A stretch of DNA of 64,000 bases from Alphaproteobacteria bacterium (GTDB lineage Bacteria; Pseudomonadota; Alphaproteobacteria; UBA828): positions 448,001-512,000 of the forward strand of contig CBDCRW010000006.1 in the NCBI GenBank assembly GCA_965221125.1, given 5' to 3'. The translations under genes were made by a program, and so were the position numbers. Under the pieces are notes generated by a model. It made no database searches, was not told where the DNA came from, and was given only the letters and a program-made list of their open reading frames with translations. Of the stretch, positions 9,621 to 19,526 are shown one piece after another (within the stretch, counting starts at the first letter, position 1; each line of letters starts with the position of its first letter).

Positions 9621-11063
9621 TTGATGAGTGCCGAAGGGCAGGCCTTTGCGCGTGCGCGAAGGGAAAATGCCCTCGAATCCGTGAGGCGCCCGTCCGTGGC
9701 GTCGCCAGCCAGGCAACCGTCGGATGGTGGGAGAAGCATCCGCCTGTCGGCGCTTGGCGTGCTGGGGGCGGTGACGGGTGCCGTGATGGGGGCGGCGCTC
9801 GGCGCATCCGCGGCCGGCGGCGATCTCGTCCGCCCGGCTGCTGCAAGCACGCCGATGCTCCTGAGCCTTACTGCGGAGCAGTCGGAGCCCTTGCCCGGCA
9901 CGGCGGCGGTGGCGTTGGCGCCCGCGCCCCTCATGCCTGAGGCGCCGGGCCGGGTCAGGCTGATCCTGTCGCTTTCGGACGTGACGCTGGCGGAGGAGCC
10001 CCGGCCGGATGGGGCGCCCCGGAGCCATGCGTCGGTCCCCACTCCGCCCGACATTCCGCAAGAGGCCGCATGGCAGGAGGCGGTCGTGGTGCCGGACCGG
10101 CCGGTCGCTGCGCCGGCCACCCCGGTGTTTCGCCGCGCGCCGGCCGAGCGGCAGTCCACGCTGACGCCCGCGCCGGTGATGAAGCCGCCGCTCGCGGCGC
10201 GCGCCAATGGGGTCGACGCGGTGCCTGCGGTCGTGCGGAAGCCCCGGGGGTCGAGCGCATCGGTTTCCGCCATGATCGCGAGCTTCGCGGCGTTCGGCTA
10301 CGACCTCGACCAGGTGCGGGCCGCGGTCAAGCCGGTTCCGCGCCTCTATCTGAGCGAGCTGCCGCACGATCTCGCCAGCGTCTCGTCGGTGGCGGTGAAG
10401 AAGCGGCTCTTCGTCCAGTCGGTTCTGCCGATCATCCTGCGCGTGAACGAGGAGATCATCGCCGCGCGCTGGCGGGCAGAGCGGCTGGGGGAGAAGCTCC
10501 TGTGGGACGGCGCGCTCTCGGACGCCGACCGCGCGTGGCTGCTCGACATGGCCGAGCTTTACGGTGCCGCGCCCTTCGACGTGCCCGGCCTGCTGACGCG
10601 GATGGACATCGTGCCGCCGTCGCTGGCGCTGGCCCAGGCGGCGGAGGAGACGGGCTGGGGCACCTCCCGCTTCGTGCGGGAGGGCAACGCCCTCTTCGGC
10701 CAGTACACGTACAAGGCGGCGATGGGCATGATGCCGGAGCGGCGCGATGCCGACCGCCGCCATCGCGTGCGCAGCCACGACAGCCTGCTCGACGCGGTGC
10801 GGGCCTACGTCCACAACCTCAACAGCCACTGGGCCTATGAGGACTTCCGCGACCGGCGGGCTCTGCTGCGCCACGCCGGCAGGCCGATGGACGGCTACGA
10901 CCTGGCCGGGGCCCTGGGGCAGTATTCGGAGCGGCGGGCGGGCTACATCCGCAGCATTCGCGAGATCATGCGGCAGAACCGTCTGCGCGACTTCGACCGG
11001 GCCTGGTTGAACGCGCGTCAGTGGACGGCGTTGATCCGCCAGCCAGGCGAACGGCCGATCTGA
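9621..11063 (+). CDS. Bax-like glucosaminidase (GH73) domain protein with TM segment and Pro/Ala-rich linker
   Basis: C-terminal IVPPSLALAQAAEETGWGTSRF..EGNALFGQ and YVHNLNSHWAY..FR..R..YSER motifs. True start uncertain. Confidence 0.85.
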   Translation: MMSAEGQAFARARRENALESVRRPSVASPARQPSDGGRSIRLSALGVLGAVTGAVMGAALGASAAGGDLVRPAAASTPMLLSLTAEQSEPLPGTAAVALAPAPLMPEAPGRVRLILSLSDVTLAEEPRPDGAPRSHASVPTPPDIPQEAAWQEAVVVPDRPVAAPATPVFRRAPAERQSTLTPAPVMKPPLAARANGVDAVPAVVRKPRGSSASVSAMIASFAAFGYDLDQVRAAVKPVPRLYLSELPHDLASVSSVAVKKRLFVQSVLPIILRVNEEIIAARWRAERLGEKLLWDGALSDADRAWLLDMAELYGAAPFDVPGLLTRMDIVPPSLALAQAAEETGWGTSRFVREGNALFGQYTYKAAMGMMPERRDADRRHRVRSHDSLLDAVRAYVHNLNSHWAYEDFRDRRALLRHAGRPMDGYDLAGALGQYSERRAGYIRSIREIMRQNRLRDFDRAWLNARQWTALIRQPGERPI

Positions 11064-11094
11064 TCGGGGGAATACCCGCCGCCGCCAAGTCGGC

Positions 11095-12132
11095 TTACGG
11101 CACGACGAACTGAAGCCCGAACCAGTGCCAGCGCCCGCCCTCGGCGGGCGCCGTGCAATTGAGCCGGGCGCGGCCGGGCGGGAACGGCCGGTCGAACTGC
11201 ACCTCCACCCGGCCGCCGTCCCGCTGCTCGAGAGCGGCAGTGACCCCGCCCGAGGGATAGCAGGCGAGCGAGTCGGGGTTCGCAAGCGGCGGCTCGATGG
11301 TGAAGGCGACCGCCGGCGGGTTCTCCGCCAGGATCTGATCCGCCGGCGTCACGGCGCGGGCGCCGAGCGGCACCGTATCCACGATCAGCCCGAAGCGCTC
11401 CATGGCGCCGTAGCTCTCGTTCAGGGCGAAGCGGGGCAGGTTGAGCCGGTCCGTGTGCGCCGCGACGACGCCCGAGTGCTGGCCGAAGGCAGCAATGAAG
11501 CCGAGGTCTGCGACAAGCGCGCGCGCCGCCCCGTTCCATTCGCCGTAGGGGTAGGCGAAGAGCGTGGCGTCCACGCCAAGCTCCTCTTCAAGCCGCCGCT
11601 GCGCCCGCAGCAGGTCGGCCCGGTTCGCGTCCGCGTCAGCCTGCCACATTTGCCCGTGCGCGGCGCTGTGATTGCCGATGGTGACGCCCGCCGCGACCAG
11701 CTGGCGCAGCTCGTCCCAGCTCATGATGCCGGCGTGGCGCTCGTCGACCGGGTCGGTGGAGACGAAGACGGTGAACGGCATCCCGGCCTCCTCCAGCCGG
11801 GGCCACGCCTCGACGAAGGTCGACCGCGTCGCGTCGTCGACGGTGATGCCGACGGTGCGCTCCGGCAGCGGCCGGCCCGCGTCGATGGCCGCGAGGATGT
11901 CAGGGACCGGCAGCACGGTGTAGCCGCCGCTCGCCAGGTGCTCGATGTGGGCCTCGAACTGGGCGAGCGTCACGCTCGTCGATGGGTACTTGTCCTCGCC
12001 GAAGCGGTGATACATCACGAGGATGGCGGAATCGGCGGCGATTGCCGCAGCGCCGCCGCTCGCGACGACGACGGCCACGGCGAGCGCGATGCAGGCGGCG
12101 CGGCCGGTGCGGAAGAGCGCGCGATTGGTCAT
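11095..12132 (-). CDS. Exported polysaccharide deacetylase (CE4/NodB)
   Basis: Signal peptide; VMYHRFGE, ITVDDA, GNHSAAH and FAYPYGE motifs. ATGA overlap with ddpX. Confidence 0.9.
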   Translation of the reverse strand: MTNRALFRTGRAACIALAVAVVVASGGAAAIAADSAILVMYHRFGEDKYPSTSVTLAQFEAHIEHLASGGYTVLPVPDILAAIDAGRPLPERTVGITVDDATRSTFVEAWPRLEEAGMPFTVFVSTDPVDERHAGIMSWDELRQLVAAGVTIGNHSAAHGQMWQADADANRADLLRAQRRLEEELGVDATLFAYPYGEWNGAARALVADLGFIAAFGQHSGVVAAHTDRLNLPRFALNESYGAMERFGLIVDTVPLGARAVTPADQILAENPPAVAFTIEPPLANPDSLACYPSGGVTAALEQRDGGRVEVQFDRPFPPGRARLNCTAPAEGGRWHWFGLQFVVP

Positions 12133-12698
12133 GGGTCCATCAACCCCGTCTGCGCCGCGCTGTCCCACAGCAGGGGATAGCGGCGCGGCGCGAACATCTG
12201 GTAGTGCCACCACTCGTTGAGATAGTGGTCCCAGCCGGCCGACGCCATGAGGCCGAGCAGCAGCATGCGGTTGCGCTGGGCGGCGGGCGTCGGCGCGTCG
12301 CTGCCGTGGAAGGCGCGTGGCGTCAGGTCGTCGAAGCCGGTGCCCATGTCGAGCGGCAGGCCGCTCTCGCGGTCGACCAGGCTCAGGTCGATGGCGACGC
12401 CCCGCGAGTGCGGCGAGCCCCGCCTGGGGTCAGCGAGGAAGGTCGGGTCCGGGCATTGCCGCCAGAGCGCCCACTGCGCCTCCACCGGGCGGTAGCCGTC
12501 GAAGATGACGAGCTTCAGGCCCTGGACGGCGGCGAGGCCCTGGGCGCGCTCCAGCAGCACGGCGGCGTCGGGGTGCAGGTAGCAGGCGGCCCTGCGGTAG
12601 ATGGGGTGGCCGGTGATGTTGTCCTCGCCGGCATAGGCGAGCGCCAGCGAGACGTCGAAGCGGGGCGGGGCGATTTCGACCAGGGCGGTCATGGGCAC
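12129..12698 (-). CDS. ddpX: D-alanyl-D-alanine dipeptidase (M15D, VanX/DdpX)
   Basis: DGYRP, GSPHSRGVAIDL, DMGTGFD and EWWHY motifs. Confidence 0.95.
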   Translation of the reverse strand: MPMTALVEIAPPRFDVSLALAYAGEDNITGHPIYRRAACYLHPDAAVLLERAQGLAAVQGLKLVIFDGYRPVEAQWALWRQCPDPTFLADPRRGSPHSRGVAIDLSLVDRESGLPLDMGTGFDDLTPRAFHGSDAPTPAAQRNRMLLLGLMASAGWDHYLNEWWHYQMFAPRRYPLLWDSAAQTGLMDP

Positions 12699-12834
12699 GG
12701 CGATGTCGCGGATGAGAATGTCGGCACAATAGCACCGCTATGCCCGCCCGTGCATGGTTGCGGCCACCGGCTGCCGAGTGCTAGAGCCGCCGCGTGCGCA
12801 CGGACGGCAGCGAACGGCGAGCGGCGCCGCGGTG

Positions 12835-13542
12835 ATGACGATACTCGGGTTCGACACGGCGACGGCGACATGCTCGGCCGCGCTCTGGGCGGACGGCGCG
12901 GTGGTCGCCCACAGGCGGAGCGAGGCCGGCGGCAGGCACGCGGAGACGCTGGTGCCCATGCTGCGCGAGGTCGCGGCGGAGGGCGGCACGACACTCGCGG
13001 AGGTCGATGCGTTCGCGGTGACGGTGGGCCCCGGCTCCTTCACCGGGATTCGGATCGGGCTGGCCGCGGCGCGCGGTCTCGCCCTCGCCGGCAAGCGGCC
13101 CCTGATCGGTATTTCGACGCTGGAGGTGCTCGCTGCGGGCGTTCCTGACGGCGAGCGCGAGGGACCGATCCTCGCCGCCTTGGATGCCGGGCGCGGGCGA
13201 CTCTATGCCCAGCTCTTCGACCGTTCGCTCGCTCCGCTCACCGAGCCCGCGGCGCTGGAGGCCGGAGCGTTGCCCGCCTTCGTGGAAGCGGCGGGGAGCG
13301 GCGGCCCGCTCGTCGTGGCGGGCACCGGGCAGGCGGTTGCGCTTGGCGCGCTGACGGCTGATATCGAGGCACGGCCTGCAAGCGGGCCGTCCACGCCCGA
13401 CGCGCGCGCGCTCGTGCGCTGTGCCGCCGCCCGCGCCGAGGCCGGGGGCGAGAGTGCCGCCCCGGTGCGGCCGCTCTATCTGCGGGACGCCGGCGCAAAG
13501 CGGAAGTCGCGGGCCGCCGGCGGGAGTGGGCCGCGTGGCTGA
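12835..13542 (+). CDS. tsaB: tRNA threonylcarbamoyladenosine biosynthesis protein TsaB
   Basis: ILGFDTA, HAETLVP, GPGSFTGIRIG, LDAGRG and PLYLR motifs. Confidence 0.95.
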   Translation: MTILGFDTATATCSAALWADGAVVAHRRSEAGGRHAETLVPMLREVAAEGGTTLAEVDAFAVTVGPGSFTGIRIGLAAARGLALAGKRPLIGISTLEVLAAGVPDGEREGPILAALDAGRGRLYAQLFDRSLAPLTEPAALEAGALPAFVEAAGSGGPLVVAGTGQAVALGALTADIEARPASGPSTPDARALVRCAAARAEAGGESAAPVRPLYLRDAGAKRKSRAAGGSGPRG

Positions 13543-14029
13543 ACCGGCTGCCGTCGCCGCAGCGACCATCGCCGAGATCCGCGAGGGCGATGTCGCCGCC
13601 GTCGCCGCGCTGCACGCCCGCTGCTTCGACGAGCCGTGGCAGCCTGCGCTGATCGGCCGCATCGCGCAGGCGCCGGGCGGCTTCGGGCTACTGTGGCGGA
13701 GCGAGGACGAGCCGCTCGGTTTCGTGCTGGGCCGCGCGAACCACGCGCGTGCCGAGGTGCTGTCCCTCGGCGTGGCGCCGGTCGCGCGCAAGCGCGGCAT
13801 CGCCCGCGCGCTCATGAAGGAGGCGATCGATCGGGTGAGCCGGCGCGACCTGCGCGAACTCTACCTCGAGGTCGCCGAGGACAACGCCGCGGCGCAGCGC
13901 CTCTACCGTGCCCTGGGGTTCGCCCCGGTCGGCCGCCGCCCCGGCTACTACGCGCGACCCGAGGCCGACGCCGTGGACGCGCTCACCTTCCGCCGCGTGC
14001 TCGTGCCGGCTGCGCTCGTGGCAGGCTGA
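13535..14029 (+). CDS. rimI: RimI-like GNAT N-acetyltransferase
   Basis: EVLSLGVAP..RKRGIARAL and LEVAEDNAAAQRLY..LGF..VGRRPGYY motifs; directly follows tsaB. Confidence 0.88.
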   Translation: MAEPAAVAAATIAEIREGDVAAVAALHARCFDEPWQPALIGRIAQAPGGFGLLWRSEDEPLGFVLGRANHARAEVLSLGVAPVARKRGIARALMKEAIDRVSRRDLRELYLEVAEDNAAAQRLYRALGFAPVGRRPGYYARPEADAVDALTFRRVLVPAALVAG

Positions 14030-14042
14030 CCCCGCGTTCGCC

Positions 14043-14852
14043 TCAGGCGGGTCTGGGCGCCCAAAAACGCTTCCTGATCGGCGGGGTGAGCTTGCCGCTG
14101 ATCGCGCGCGAGACCCCGTCGGCGATCGCGGCCTGGCACGCTTCCGCCATCTCCTTGCGCGAGCGGAACTGCTCGATGGTCACCGGCTGATGGAACTGGA
14201 TGGCGATGGTGGCGTTGCCGAGGCCCGCGACGTTCCAGAGGTGGCTCGCAAGCTCCATGTCGCCGTACCAGGCGTAGAACGGCCGGTAGGGGCGCCCCAT
14301 GGGGATCCCATTCAGTCGCGTATAGGCGATGGAGACCGGCTGAACCACCAATGGCTTGCCCCGGACCGGCCCCTCGGCGATGCCGAAGAAGGCGCTCTTG
14401 AACGGCAGCACGCGGTTGCCGTCGTTGCTGGTGCCCTCGGGGAAGAGGATGAGGTTGTCGCCGGCTTCCAGGCGCTCCGTCATGTTGTCGCGGTGATGGG
14501 CGGTGCGCGACACGCGGCGCTCCACGAACACGGTCCGCTGCAGGACGGCGAGGAAGCCGAACAGCGGCCAGCCCCGCACCTCCGCCTTGGCGACGAAGCT
14601 CCCCGGCACCACGGCGCCGAGCGCGCTGATGTCGAGGTAGGAGGTGTGGTTGCAGACGAAGAGGGTGGGCACGTTGCGCGACACCGTGCCGTAACGTTCG
14701 ATCCTGAAGCCGAAGATGCGGCAGACGCCCCGGTGCCAGACCATGGGCAGGCGCTTGGACAGCGGCGCCCGGATCGCCATGAGAACGAGCTGAAACGGAA
14801 CCAGGCAGACGGTCCAGCCGAAGAAGCGGAGCAGCACCGCGAGCGCGATCAT
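14043..14852 (-). CDS. olsA: Lyso-ornithine lipid / 1-acyl-G3P acyltransferase (PlsC family)
   Basis: NHTSYLD (HxxxxD), FPEGT and PFKSAFF motifs; translationally coupled to the olsB-like gene. Confidence 0.8.
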   Translation of the reverse strand: MIALAVLLRFFGWTVCLVPFQLVLMAIRAPLSKRLPMVWHRGVCRIFGFRIERYGTVSRNVPTLFVCNHTSYLDISALGAVVPGSFVAKAEVRGWPLFGFLAVLQRTVFVERRVSRTAHHRDNMTERLEAGDNLILFPEGTSNDGNRVLPFKSAFFGIAEGPVRGKPLVVQPVSIAYTRLNGIPMGRPYRPFYAWYGDMELASHLWNVAGLGNATIAIQFHQPVTIEQFRSRKEMAEACQAAIADGVSRAISGKLTPPIRKRFWAPRPA

Positions 14853-15628
14853 GTGAGCTTGTCCCGGTAGCGCTGGGTCACGAGGTCGGTCTTGACGACG
14901 ATGCTGACATCGACGCTCCCCCACTGCCGGTCGATCACGGCGCCGTCGCCGACGAAGCCGTTGAGCCTGAGATAGCCCTTGATGAGCGGCGGCACCGCCT
15001 TGAGCGCGGCGCGCCTGTTTATCGCGTCCTTGGGTATCAGGTCCATGTTCACGTAGTGCTCGTCCCGGGCGCGAGGGCAGAATTCCGGCGGAGCGCGGTG
15101 GTTGTGAAAGAGATAGGAGAGGGGCTCCGCGTGCTCCTGCGGGTCCGTGCCGGGGAAGCTTGCGCAGCCGAACATGATCGGCACGTCGTAGTGCAGCACG
15201 TAGGCCGCGTTGCCCCGCCACAGCAGGGTCATGGTGGTGCCGTTGCGGTAGGCGGGATCGACGCAGGAGCGGCCGAGCTCCAGCAACTCGCCGGGCTGCG
15301 CCACGATGGTGTCGATGTCGTATTCCCAGGACGAGTAGAAGCCGCCGTGGGCGTCCGCCACGGAGCGGCGCAGCAGGCGGTAGGTGCCGACCACCTTGTC
15401 GCCGGCGCTGCGGTCGTGGTCGATCACCATGAGGTGGTCGCAGTAGGAGTCGAAGCGGTCGAAGTCGCGCTCGCTCGCCGCCATCTCGCGGCTGGGGTCG
15501 GCCGCCATCTCCTCGTAGAAGACGCGGTAGCGGAGCGCCTGGACGGCGTCCACGTCCTCTGCCGAGCGGGCCAGGCGCACCTCAAGGTTGCCGGCGACGA
15601 TCCCGGCCATGAAATCATCGTCGGTCAT
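14849..15628 (-). CDS. olsB: Ornithine-acyl[ACP] N-acyltransferase (GNAT, OlsB family)
   Basis: QALRYRVFYEEM, DRFDSYCDHL, VVGTYRL, LELGRSCV, FGCASF and PPLIKGYLRL motifs. Confidence 0.88.
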   Translation of the reverse strand: MTDDDFMAGIVAGNLEVRLARSAEDVDAVQALRYRVFYEEMAADPSREMAASERDFDRFDSYCDHLMVIDHDRSAGDKVVGTYRLLRRSVADAHGGFYSSWEYDIDTIVAQPGELLELGRSCVDPAYRNGTTMTLLWRGNAAYVLHYDVPIMFGCASFPGTDPQEHAEPLSYLFHNHRAPPEFCPRARDEHYVNMDLIPKDAINRRAALKAVPPLIKGYLRLNGFVGDGAVIDRQWGSVDVSIVVKTDLVTQRYRDKLT

Positions 15629-15645
15629 GGGCCTCCGCGTTGGTT

Positions 15646-16068
15646 CTAGTCTTCGGGCTCGTCCAGGGGGACCGCGTAAAGCTCCAGCCGGTGATCGACG
15701 AGCTTGTAGCCGAGCGCCTTGGCGACGGCCGCCTGCAGCGCCTCGATCTCCTCGTTCTGGAACTCCACCACCTTGCCCGACGTGAGGTCGATCAGGTGAT
15801 CGTGGTGTTCGTCGGGGTGTTCCTCGTAGCGCGCCCGCCCGTCGCGGAAGTCGTGGCGCTCCAGCAGGCCGCACTCCTCGAAGAGCCGGACCGTGCGATA
15901 GACCGTCGCCAGGCTGATGCGGGAATCGATCTCGGTCGCGCGCCGGTAGAGCCCCTCGACATCGGGGTGGTCGGAGGAATCCGAAAGCACGCGCGCGATC
16001 ACGCGCCGCTGCTCGGTCATCTTCAGACCGATCTCGGCGCAGCGCTTCTCCAGCGTGGATATCGCCAA
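15646..16068 (-). CDS. fur: Fur/Mur family metal-uptake regulator
   Basis: MTEQRRVI, DHPDVE, SLATVYRTVRLFEE and EHHDHLID motifs; TTG start at 16068 behind a GAGGAG RBS. Confidence 0.93.
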   Translation of the reverse strand: MAISTLEKRCAEIGLKMTEQRRVIARVLSDSSDHPDVEGLYRRATEIDSRISLATVYRTVRLFEECGLLERHDFRDGRARYEEHPDEHHDHLIDLTSGKVVEFQNEEIEALQAAVAKALGYKLVDHRLELYAVPLDEPED

Positions 16069-16229
16069 GTGGTCCCGCTCCTCCTCGGGCGGCTCTCGCG
16101 GCGCATTATAGGCGAGCGGGCGGCCCAAGGCGACCGCGACGGCCCGGAATCGGCGCGCGCGGTGGCATTCGCGCCGCGATTGGCCTAGGTTGTGGCATTG
16201 CCGCGTCACGCGCCCACCGGCACGGGGCC

Positions 16230-16682
16230 ATGACCAACCGAAAGCCCAGCGACGACCTGACGACGGAGCAGATCCTGGAGTCGATCGGCCGGATCGTCTC
16301 GGAGGGGGAAAGCCGCGGGCGGAGCACGGACGTGCCGCCCCTGGCCCCGCCGCCGCGCAAGCGGGCCGGGAGCCAGGACGTGCTCGACCTGGTGGACGTG
16401 GTCGACGAGCAGGGCAACGTGCTCCCGCCGGGCAAGGCCGCCGAGGGCAAGCCGGCGTTCTCCTTCCCGCCGCGCAGCGAGCCGCCGCCCCGGCAAAGTG
16501 CTGCGCCCGGCAAGCCACCGCCCCGGCAGAGTGCTCAAGGCAGCCGGCCCACCGACGAGCAGGTGCTGGAGGCGCTCAAGCCCATGCTGCAGACCTGGCT
16601 CGACACCCATATGCCGCCCATGATCGAGCGCCTGGTCAAGCAGGAGCTCGAGCGGGCGTCGCGGCGCAGCGAGCCCGAGTGA
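16230..16682 (+). CDS. popZ: Polar organising protein PopZ-like (DUF2497)
   Basis: N-terminal helix [14 protein letters not shown], Pro-rich disordered linker, C-terminal [27 protein letters not shown]; immediately upstream of valS. Confidence 0.85.
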   Translation: MTNRKPSDDLTTEQILESIGRIVSEGESRGRSTDVPPLAPPPRKRAGSQDVLDLVDVVDEQGNVLPPGKAAEGKPAFSFPPRSEPPPRQSAAPGKPPPRQSAQGSRPTDEQVLEALKPMLQTWLDTHMPPMIERLVKQELERASRRSEPE

Positions 16683-16755
16683 GACGTTACCCGAGAGTTC
16701 CTTCCCGCCCGCCTCTTCACTAGCCCCATCCTCCCGAAACGGTTACGAGACGACG

Positions 16756-19407
16756 ATGCTTGAGAAGACCTATCGGCCTGCCGATTTCGAGGGCCGCCTT
16801 TACGATCTCTGGGAGACGAGTGGCGGCTTCGCCGGCCGGCCCGGCGGGGCCGAGCCCTGGTGCGTCATGATGCCGCCGCCCAACGTCACCGGCAGCCTGC
16901 ACATGGGCCACGCGCTCAACAACACGCTGCAGGACGTGCTGACGCGCTACCGGCGGAAGACCGGCCGCAACGCGCTCTGGCAGCCCGGCATGGACCACGC
17001 CGGCATCGCGACGCAGATGGTGGTCGAGCGCCAGCTTGCCGGGGAGGGGACGGACCGCCGCGCGCTCGGCCGGGACGCGTTCATCGACCGGGTGTGGTCG
17101 TGGAAGGCCGAATCGGGCGGCGCCATCGGCCGCCAGCTCCGCCGCCTCGGCGCCTCGCCGGACTGGGCGCGCGAGCGCTTCACCATGGACGAGGGCCTGA
17201 GCCGGGCGGTGATCGAGGTCTTCGTCTCGCTCTACCGCCAGGGCCTGATCTACCGCGACAAGCGGCTCGTGAACTGGGACCCGGTGCTGGGCACGGCGAT
17301 CTCCGACCTCGAGGTCGAGCAGCGCGAGATGAAGGACGGCAAGCTCTGGCACATCCGCTATCCCGTCGCGGGCGAGCCCGGCCGGCACATCGTCGTCGCC
17401 ACCACGCGGCCCGAGACCATGCTGGGCGATACCGCCGTCGCCGTGCACCCGGAGGACGCGCGCTACCGGGAGCTGATCGGCAGCGACGCGCTGCTGCCGC
17501 TGGTGGGCCGCCGCTTGCCCATCGTCGCCGACGACTACGCCGACCCCGAGCAGGGCTCCGGCGCGGTGAAGATCACGCCGGCGCACGACTTCAACGACTT
17601 CGAGGTGGGCCGCCGGCACGACCTCGCCGTCGTCAACGTCTTCGACGCCGAGGCCCGGATCAACGAGAACGCGCCCGAGGCCTACCGGTGCCTCGACCGG
17701 ATGGAGGCACGGAAGCGCGTGCTCGCCGACCTGGAAGCGCAGGACCTGATCGAGAGGGTGGAGCCGCACGTCCACACCGTGCCGCACGGCGACCGCTCCG
17801 GCGCGGTGATCGAGCCCTGGCTCACCGACCAGTGGTACGTCGACGCCGCGACGCTGGCCAAGCCCGCCATCGAGGCGGTGGAGACGGGCCGCATCCGCTT
17901 CGTGCCCCGGCGCTGGGAGAACACCTATTTCGAGTGGATGCGCAACATCCAGCCCTGGTGCATCTCGCGCCAGCTCTGGTGGGGGCACCGCATCCCGGCG
18001 TGGTACGGGCCGGACGGCCACGTCTTCGTCGCCGCGACCGAGGCCGAGGCGGAAGAGCAGGCGGCGCGGCACTACGGTAGGGCCGAGCCGCTCAGGCGCG
18101 ACGAGGACGTGCTGGACACGTGGTTCTCATCGGGCCTCTGGCCGTTCTCGACCCTCGGCTGGCCCGAGCGCACGGACGCGCTCGAGACCTACTACCCCAA
18201 CAGCGACCTGATCACGGGCTTCGACATCATCTTCTTCTGGGTCGCCCGGATGGTGATGCTGGGCATGCACTTCATGGGCGATGTCCCCTTCCGCACCGTC
18301 TACATCCATGCGCTGGTGCGGGACGAGAAGGGGCAGAAGATGTCCAAGAGCAAGGGCAACGTCATCGACCCGCTGGCGCTGATCGACAAGTACGGCGCCG
18401 ACGCGCTCCGCTTCACGCTGGCCGCCATGGAGGCGCAGGGGCGCGACATCAAGCTCGCCGAGAGCCGCGTCGCGGGCTACCGCAACTTCGCGACCAAGCT
18501 CTGGAACGCGGCGCGCTTCTGCGAGGCGAACGGGTGCAAGCCTGTGGCCGGTTTCGATCCGGCGCGGGTCGAGGGCCGGGTCAACCGCTGGATCGTGGGC
18601 GAGGCCGCGCGTGCCGCCCGCGACGTGACCCAAGCGCTCGACGCCTACCGCTTCGACGCCGCGGCGGGTGCGGTCTACCACTTCACCTGGGACGTCTTCT
18701 GCGACTGGTACCTGGAGTTCTCGAAGCCCGTGCTCTCCGGCCCGGACGGGGCGGCGAAGGACGAGACCCGGGCTGCGGCCGCCTGGGTGCTGGATACCAT
18801 CCTGGGCCTGCTCCATCCCTTCATGCCCTTCGCGACCGAGGAGCTTTGGGGGCGGATCGACGAGGGCAGGGAGGGCACGCTCATCACGGCGCCGTGGCCC
18901 GCGCTCGACGACGGCATCGGCGATGCCGACGCCGCGCAGGAGATGGACTGGGTGGTGCGGCTCGTCACCCAGGTGCGCGCCGTCCGCGCCGAGATGAACG
19001 TGCCGGCGGGGGCGCGCATCGCGCTCGGCTTACGGGGCGCCGGGCCGGAGACGGCGGCGCGCCTCGGCCGCCACCGCGACGTGATCGCGCGCCTCGCCCG
19101 GTTGAGCGAGGCCGAGGTCACGGACGGCGAGGTGCCGGCCGGCTCGGTGCAGATGATGCTGGACGAGGCGACGGTCGTGCTGCCGCTCGCGGGCGTCATC
19201 GAGTTCGACAAGGAGCGCGCGCGGCTCGACCGCGAGCTCGGCAAGGTGGGCAAGGAGCGCGCCAAGCTGGAGAGCAAGCTCGGGAACGAGCAGTTCCTCG
19301 CGCGCGCGCCCGATCACGTGGTCGAGGAGCAGCGCGTCCGCCTCGACGAGGCCTGCACGGCGGAAGCCCGCCTCAGGGCCGCGCTGGAGCGCATCGCGGC
19401 GGCTTGA
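16756..19407 (+). CDS. valS: Valine--tRNA ligase
   Basis: [25 protein letters not shown] and KMSKS motifs; C-terminal coiled coil. Confidence 0.98.
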   Translation: MLEKTYRPADFEGRLYDLWETSGGFAGRPGGAEPWCVMMPPPNVTGSLHMGHALNNTLQDVLTRYRRKTGRNALWQPGMDHAGIATQMVVERQLAGEGTDRRALGRDAFIDRVWSWKAESGGAIGRQLRRLGASPDWARERFTMDEGLSRAVIEVFVSLYRQGLIYRDKRLVNWDPVLGTAISDLEVEQREMKDGKLWHIRYPVAGEPGRHIVVATTRPETMLGDTAVAVHPEDARYRELIGSDALLPLVGRRLPIVADDYADPEQGSGAVKITPAHDFNDFEVGRRHDLAVVNVFDAEARINENAPEAYRCLDRMEARKRVLADLEAQDLIERVEPHVHTVPHGDRSGAVIEPWLTDQWYVDAATLAKPAIEAVETGRIRFVPRRWENTYFEWMRNIQPWCISRQLWWGHRIPAWYGPDGHVFVAATEAEAEEQAARHYGRAEPLRRDEDVLDTWFSSGLWPFSTLGWPERTDALETYYPNSDLITGFDIIFFWVARMVMLGMHFMGDVPFRTVYIHALVRDEKGQKMSKSKGNVIDPLALIDKYGADALRFTLAAMEAQGRDIKLAESRVAGYRNFATKLWNAARFCEANGCKPVAGFDPARVEGRVNRWIVGEAARAARDVTQALDAYRFDAAAGAVYHFTWDVFCDWYLEFSKPVLSGPDGAAKDETRAAAAWVLDTILGLLHPFMPFATEELWGRIDEGREGTLITAPWPALDDGIGDADAAQEMDWVVRLVTQVRAVRAEMNVPAGARIALGLRGAGPETAARLGRHRDVIARLARLSEAEVTDGEVPAGSVQMMLDEATVVLPLAGVIEFDKERARLDRELGKVGKERAKLESKLGNEQFLARAPDHVVEEQRVRLDEACTAEARLRAALERIAAA

Positions 19408-19526
19408 CCGCAACCCATGGGGACGAGTAAGCCGTGCGGCGTCGGGCCGGGGCTCGCCGAGCCGGCCCGCACGGCACAGAGGCCGCCGCCCGAGAGTTCC
19501 GGGCGGTGCGCAGGGGGAAGGGCGCC

